NCBI GenBank assembly: GCA_019828565.1
Contig: JAHDYR010000040.1
Span: forward strand, 121,970-185,969
Direction: 5' to 3'
From: Carpediemonas membranifera BICM
Taxonomy: Eukaryota > Protista > Fornicata
DNA: 64,000 nucleotides
Shown here: one piece after another, positions 58,142 through 64,000 of the stretch
How the letters are laid out: each line of letters begins with the position of its first letter
Numbering within the stretch: position 1 is the stretch's first letter
Notes under the pieces: model-generated
The model's input: the letters and a program-made list of their open reading frames with translations, nothing else
What the model was told of the DNA's origin: nothing
Databases searched by the model: none
Translations under genes and position numbers: made by a program

Positions 58142-59312
58142 ATGAGTCACCTGAGTGAAGTAGAATCAGGACTAGTAATGCCCAAGAGTGCTTCTTTCGA
58201 GCCCCAAAACACCGCTGATGATTTTAAGACAGTGAGATTAGCTGAATCTGCGAAAAGCCCGACCTTTGAGTCAAAACGTATAACGATCGGCGAGCAGGCG
58301 CCGAGATCAGCTATCCCACGCTCCTTCTCAACAGAAGGACTCCGTGAAACAGCTGTTAGTCCTGAATCAAAGGGCGAGATCGTCGGCTGGATCCTGTATC
58401 GCGACCATGCCCCGGTGATTGCGAGCGAAGTCGAGGAGAACCGCCAGTTTGTGGAGGAAGCGACCAAGGCGAACATCACGCTCGTTATCATGAACCCCGA
58501 CAACATCGATGTGCTCGTTGACAGCGAGAGGAACCGCAGCATTATCGTCGACGGCCAGCCGAGCCCCCTGCCCGACTTCGTCCTCCCCCGAATGGGCTCA
58601 GACACAACGTACTTCGCCTTCTCTGTCATCCGGCAGCTGGAGAAGCTCGGGGTTCCCTGCCTCAACAGCAGTGTAGGCATTGAGGCCGTCAAGGACAAGC
58701 TCTACGCCCAGCAGCTCATGGTCAAGTGGAACCTGCCCGTCCCAGACACCTTGCTTGCACGGTTCCCAGTCAACGTGGACTTTGTGGAGAAGACGTTCGG
58801 CTTTCCAGTCATTATCAAGACCCTCTCCGGCACCAGAGGCGAGGGAGTCTTCCTCGCAGACGACCGGAAGGCGTTCAAGGATTTGATGAAGCTCATCGAG
58901 ATCACCAACACCAGCGTCAACATCATTATCCAGCGGTTCATTGAAGATAGCTTTGGACGTGACCTACGAGTGTTCGTCATTGGCGGGCGAGTCGTCGCCT
59001 GCATGAAGCGTCAGGCTGCTGACGAAGACGAGTTCAAGGCAAACTTCAGCACTGGCGGCAGTGTGGAGCGCTACCCCCTTTCCTCAGAGATCGAGTGGCT
59101 GGCCCTCGAGGCTTGCCGTTGTACTGGCCTCGACATTGCAGGGGTCGACCTGCTCTTCGACAAGGGTCACTTCAAGATCTGCGAGGTCAACAGCAGCCCC
59201 GGATTCATAGGCCTCCAGCAGGCTTGCGACATTAACGTCCCCGCCGAGATTTACAAAGTTTGTTCTTGCCATCATGCTTATTCAGTATCTCCGGATCCGT
59301 TTTGGACTGTGA
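58142..59312 (+). CDS. RimK-family ATP-grasp ligase, probable 28-nt intron 59258-59285
   Basis: PDFVLPRMG, KDKL, FPVIIK..SGTRGEGV, GRDLRVFVIG, FKANFSTGG, AGVDLL, CEVNSSPG. Confidence 0.92.
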
Positions 59313-59456
59313 GTGTTCACTCCAGTAAATTATGTTTCGTGAGCAGAGCTAGCATAACTAGAACAGTGTGACCAGGGTTGGCCAAGCTGGAATGCTCATC
59401 AAATGATGGCTTCACCGACCGCGCAATAAGGGGATTCGACGAAAAGGACAGGAGAC

Positions 59457-60308
59457 ATGCGACTGTGCGTATACATTGACGGGGACTACTCATATGTCTC
59501 TGAAATTGAGCCCAATGCTACTATACGGGAGTTTACACGTGCCATTGAGCGCGAGATGAAAGCAATCTTCGGCAGCTCCGTGCCCATCTCAATCGCGGCA
59601 TTGCAAACCGCCAAGACCCGATGCGATGTGAATCCGAACTACCCAGTCTCCTCTGTTTTCAAAGAGAATGACTTTGTTTTCGTTTTGCGCGCCATGACCA
59701 TGACAGTGGACCAGCGTGTGGAGCCCATCATCCTGGAGATCCCAGAGCCCAGCATCGGCATTGGGATGTCCACCGAGCTCTCTCAGTTCGATGCCATCGC
59801 TGACCACTCTCTTCGCATTGTTGAGACCACGGCTCAGCTCACCTCGCCCCCGATCCAGCCACAGCCGCAGCCGCAGCAGATGCCCCGCCCCATCCCACAG
59901 CCTGCCCCGCCATTTACAACCCACCAGCCCTCCCACTTGTCAAACCGCCGCGACCCGTGCCAACCCCACTGCTCCCTTACCAAGTTCGGGTTCGCCGACG
60001 ACCCCTGCCCAAACTGCGGGGAGATGCGGCCATACCTTCCCATCGAGGGCCAAAACTGCACTGAACTCTGCGTAATCCGTGCTAAACACGGGACCGGCTA
60101 TGTCCGTAAGATGAAGTCACAGGGCCTGGACTTCTGTAGCATCTGTATCTCCCGGTACCGTCACAGGAAGTATGCCCACATGCAGAGGCACCAGTGCGCT
60201 GAGTGCCACAGGCCTTGGCTCATCCTCAACGAGGCCGGACTTTGCAGGACGTGCCACGTCAAGCTCGCCGGGCGGCCGAGCGCTAGGAAGAGAAAGAACT
60301 TCGGTTGA
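59457..60308 (+). CDS. Hypothetical protein with Cys/His-rich C-terminus
   Basis: Several CxxC pairs; Pro/Gln linker; basic C-terminus. Confidence 0.7.
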   Translation: MRLCVYIDGDYSYVSEIEPNATIREFTRAIEREMKAIFGSSVPISIAALQTAKTRCDVNPNYPVSSVFKENDFVFVLRAMTMTVDQRVEPIILEIPEPSIGIGMSTELSQFDAIADHSLRIVETTAQLTSPPIQPQPQPQQMPRPIPQPAPPFTTHQPSHLSNRRDPCQPHCSLTKFGFADDPCPNCGEMRPYLPIEGQNCTELCVIRAKHGTGYVRKMKSQGLDFCSICISRYRHRKYAHMQRHQCAECHRPWLILNEAGLCRTCHVKLAGRPSARKRKNFG

Positions 60309-60526
60309 GGTTATGTACTTCTACACGTCACATAAATTGATACTATCTCTGCGCGGGTTGAGTCTTGAGGATGATGGATTCGTTCAGCGAATAATTTGGA
60401 ATAATGCTATAGGATTCCATATGGCACAAAAGCTTCGGACAGGCCTATCTGTCCGATCGTTGCCATGCATGGCGTGTGATCTTCAAAGTCGAGCACTTTA
60501 GGGTTAGAGGTTTTAGGTTTGAAGGA

Positions 60527-62029
60527 ATGTCGTCTTCAGAGTCCGAATCCTACATTTCAGAGCAAGACGAGATCTTTGAAGAGCTCGAGCGTGAAGTGGA
60601 CCAAGAAGAAGAGGAGCAGCAGCGCATGGAGGCTGATGCTGAAGCCGAAGCCGCTGAAGCTGCCGCCGATGTTGAAGCGAGCACTGTAGACTTCGATCCC
60701 GAGCTTAGTGATATGAAGGCTATTCGGGAGCGCCTTGAGACGATCATATTCGTTCTTGGAAACTTCAAGGTCCGCCGCGACGAAGAGCACAGCCGCAGCG
60801 AGTACATTGATCTGCTGAAGCACGACATCGCCATCTACTACGGCTACTGCGAGTACCTCGTTGATCTTTTCCTCGATCTCTTCTCCCCCGATGAGGCGAT
60901 CGCCTTCTTTGAGGCCTCTGAGAAGCCCCGCCCTCTCACCATCCGCGTCAACACTCTCCGCACACGCCGTAAGGAGCTTGCCCACACGCTGATCAACCGC
61001 GGTGTGAACCTCGACCCCCTCGGCGCCTGGTCGAAGGTTGGCCTGCAGATTTACGATTCGGGTGTCTCCCTCGGCGCTACGCCAGAGTATCTAGCTGGCC
61101 ACTACATGATACAGGCGGCCGCATCGTTCTTGCCATGCATAGCCCTTGACCCGAAGCCCGGAGAAAAGGTCCTCGATATGTGTGCTGCCCCCGGTGGGAA
61201 GACGACGTATCTCTCGCAGCTCATGAAGAACACAGGCGTTGTCATCGCCAATGATTTCAACGAGAAGCGTATCCCCGCGCTTGTCGCTAACATCCACCGC
61301 ATGGGTGCATCCAACACCGTTGTGTGCAACAAGGATGGCAGGCAACTCGGCGAGATGACTGGCGGGTTCAACCGCGTGCTCATTGATGCGCCATGCACCG
61401 GCCTCGGCGTCATATCCCGGGATCCCTCGGTCAAGTTCGACAAGTCTGAGAAGGACATCCTCAAGTCCAGCCACGTCCAGCGCGAGCTGATGCTCACAGC
61501 CATTGACCTGGTTGATTCATCCAAGCCCGGCGCCGTCATTGTCTACTCGACCTGCTCGGTCACAGTTGAGGAGAACGAGGCAGTTGTGGACTATGCACTC
61601 GCCCGGAGAGACGTCAAGGTCGTCGAGACCGGCCTCCCCTTCGGCAGACCCGGCCTGATCCGCCACCGCCAGCGCCGTTTCCACCCCTCAATCGCCCAGA
61701 GCGTGAGGGTCTACCCCCATGCACACAACATGGACGGTTTCTACGTCTGTAAGCTTGTCAAGATCAGCAACAAGGGGTCAGCCATCATTGCGGCGGCCGA
61801 GGAGGCAAAGAAGAAGCCCCAGAAGGCTGAGAGCAAGCAGTCCCAGCCCAAGGAGCAGGAGAGGGTGCCTCTGATCCTGGCACCCCGGGTGCTCGAGGCT
61901 AAGAGAGCTGAGGCCGTCAAGGCCAAGAAGGACAAGGGTGATAAGAAGCCAAAGCGCACTGGGAAGGCCCGCGCATGGAAGGGGCGGAAGGAGCGTAAGT
62001 TCCAGGGGAAGAAGGACAAGAAGGAGTAA
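60527..62029 (+). CDS. NOP2: rRNA m5C methyltransferase Nop2/NSUN1
   Basis: GATPEYLAGHY, LDMCAAPGGKT, DAPCTG, VYSTCS...ENE, PHAHNMDGF. Confidence 0.96.
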   Translation: MSSSESESYISEQDEIFEELEREVDQEEEEQQRMEADAEAEAAEAAADVEASTVDFDPELSDMKAIRERLETIIFVLGNFKVRRDEEHSRSEYIDLLKHDIAIYYGYCEYLVDLFLDLFSPDEAIAFFEASEKPRPLTIRVNTLRTRRKELAHTLINRGVNLDPLGAWSKVGLQIYDSGVSLGATPEYLAGHYMIQAAASFLPCIALDPKPGEKVLDMCAAPGGKTTYLSQLMKNTGVVIANDFNEKRIPALVANIHRMGASNTVVCNKDGRQLGEMTGGFNRVLIDAPCTGLGVISRDPSVKFDKSEKDILKSSHVQRELMLTAIDLVDSSKPGAVIVYSTCSVTVEENEAVVDYALARRDVKVVETGLPFGRPGLIRHRQRRFHPSIAQSVRVYPHAHNMDGFYVCKLVKISNKGSAIIAAAEEAKKKPQKAESKQSQPKEQERVPLILAPRVLEAKRAEAVKAKKDKGDKKPKRTGKARAWKGRKERKFQGKKDKKE

Positions 62030-62630
62030 ACCGCGGATAATTTGGCTTTGCGCAGGCTGAGAGATGTGGGGGACCATGAAGGTGGTTGGGAGGGTGTGGT
62101 GCCGAAAACAGGATAAAAAATGAGAGGTACCGAATTCTGGAAAATGGACAGTTTAAAAGGACACGTTCTCAAGGCATCCCAGAACGATGTGGCGCATGTC
62201 TGACACAGTGTTAGCCTTGTTCCGCTTGAGAGTCTGCAGCGACTTGTTCTTGGCCCCGCGCTTTTTGACTTGCTTCGGGGAGAAGGTCTTGGAGTATGGA
62301 TAGCTGCGAGGGCTTCGAGCCGACCAGTTGTAGCCGTGCCCTGAGCCTGTGGACTGCGAACGGGTCTACGAATCCTGCCTACGAACCTATTTACGAGCCT
62401 ATAAATCACAACTCACGTTGATCACTACTGAGGGACCAACACAGTGACACTTCTTCGGGTTCCAGGACGAGAGGTTCGTGCAGTAGGGGCTCGTAGCTTT
62501 GACGCGAACCCACGAGGGGTTGGTCGGGTGGCCCACTTGCGTGCCTGTGGGCCAGCCATTGAATGCAGGTTGCCGGCGGGATATCACCGTTGGTTTAGTT
62601 ATCTTGAAAGAATGTCATGAGGCTAGGAGA

Positions 62631-63744
62631 TGGCACCACATCAGGTGTCTGATATTTATCACCTCGGGTGATGGGTTTTGGCGCAATGTGCAGGGGACAG
62701 GGGATAAGGACAATGCCAGAAGAGTTGGCGCTGGAAGCGACGGCGCCAGGACCGACGCTGGTCAAGGCCAGTGTACCTGCTCGTCAGGTAAGGCGAGCCA
62801 GTTCGACTTACCCAGGGAATGCCAGGTGGCGGTTAGTCCCGAATATTTACATAGCAAACCAGGGGTTTCTTGTAAATGTTCTTCCCCCGTTGGAAAGACG
62901 TCGTATGTCATAAGTCTTGCTTATCAAGCATTATAAAAACAAACAAAAGAGAAGAGAACAAACTAGCTAGCATGGCAACCAAACAAGGGAAGGTGAAGCC
63001 CCTGGGATCAGTGAGGGTAACCCCTCGCGTATCCCGGTGGCGTCACGTCACCCTGATAGGCCAACTTGCCAAGCGCAGAGAATTCAATAACAGAAAACCT
63101 AGAGGGACCTTAGCAGGACGTTAGAGATTAAGCGCCACCTCCGCACACTGGCACTCTCATTCAACGCGTTCGACGTCTGGTCGACGACACTACTCCCATA
63201 CGTCGCCTGGATTATCAATAGCACGCCTCACAGCGCCACAGGATTCACTCCGTTCGAACTCCTGTTCGGCACGCACGCCGCGTCTCGGCAGATACCCAGC
63301 CCAGACGACACCTCAGAGCACGCCGCCGAGACGCCACTCACTTCCGTGGCCGAGTACCTCACAGCCATGGACAACCTCCTCGCCAAACTCTGCCGCAAGG
63401 CCGTCAAGCACCAGTCGTCCACCCGACAGGGGAGGGTAGAGACCCAGCACGTTCCCATCAAGCCCGGAGACTACGTCCTCCGGAAGAACCACACGGAGAG
63501 TAAGCTACACGGACACTCCGGCCCTTTCAAGGTCGTTGAGGTGAACCCATTCTCTGCGGTCATCGTCCCGCGCCTGGCTGACGCCCCTCGCCGCACGGTG
63601 CACCTGACCCACCTCATCCCGGTCAAGTCTGACCTGAGCGAGGGCGACCTCGCCTACTTCGCCGCCACGGACCAGGAGGAGTGGTTCGTGGAGCGCATCC
63701 TTCGCTCCAAGCCCGGTTTCCTCCGAGTCAAGTGGATCGGCAGC
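62631..63744 (+). repeat. Inverted duplicate of 10997-12110 (Gypsy-derived chimera with integrase C-terminus/chromodomain)
   Basis: Direct sequence match to the reverse complement; switches to unrelated chromodomain-like sequence after 63744. Confidence 0.95.
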
Positions 63745-64000
63745 AGCACGAGACCCCTGGTGGTGGAGCTCCTATCCGAGTGGAACGGTAGGCGCCGCGT
63801 AGCAAGGTAGAAGGGCTACTGGCCAGACTTCTATGGCAACCGTACCACCCTGGACCCCAGGGTCATGGAGCAACTCCCGGTCAAACTCCACCCCGAGCTC
63901 CTGACCCTATCCCAGGCAGCCTCGCTGGTCCCGCTCCATAAGCATGACATGATGCATGGGGGCTCAGCCCAGCAGCTGAGACACCGGCTCACCCACTGCC

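Noticed and set aside
60497-60520. Telomere-like TTTAGGGTTAG
   Set aside because: Only one to two degenerate units in the NOP2 leader.
1-64000. CRISPR arrays, rRNA genes or prokaryotic operons
   Set aside because: None seen; the repeats are LTRs/TIRs and the genes are eukaryotic with spliceosomal introns.

Overview
Eukaryotic protist-type DNA: compact genes with very short (28-31 nt) GT-AG introns, compatible with a fornicate metamonad, although the organism cannot be established from sequence alone. About two thirds of the window (1-25.2 kb, 30.9-50.8 kb, 62.6-64 kb) is nested mobile DNA: chromodomain-bearing Ty3/Gypsy LTR retrotransposons with very short LTRs (85-129 bp confirmed pairs, plus 46-61 bp candidates), a DIRS-like tyrosine-recombinase retroelement split by two Gypsy insertions, IS630/Tc1-like DNA transposons and CRE/SLACS-like non-LTR fragments. 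The rest is host genes (Nse2-like SP-RING, PHD protein, RPB11, phospholipase B-like, MND1, a kinase, RRP45, RimK-like, NOP2). Main finding: all seven 5' LTR ends I could identify, from LTRs with unrelated sequences, have no tRNA primer-binding site. Each instead has a perfect 12-14 bp self-complementary palindrome abutting the LTR, with six different sequences in nearly fixed register. One is restored to perfection only when a nested DNA transposon is excised in silico. This suggests a tRNA-independent, palindrome-primed (dimer or fold-back) reverse transcription mechanism. Secondary findings: an intron-containing antisense NLS+chromodomain-like accessory gene inside one Gypsy element, an in-frame tyrosine recombinase-MND1 read-through, a second zinc-knuckle gene in an IS630-like element, and a stranded histone H3-variant fragment. 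All comparisons were made by eye; no database searches were run.
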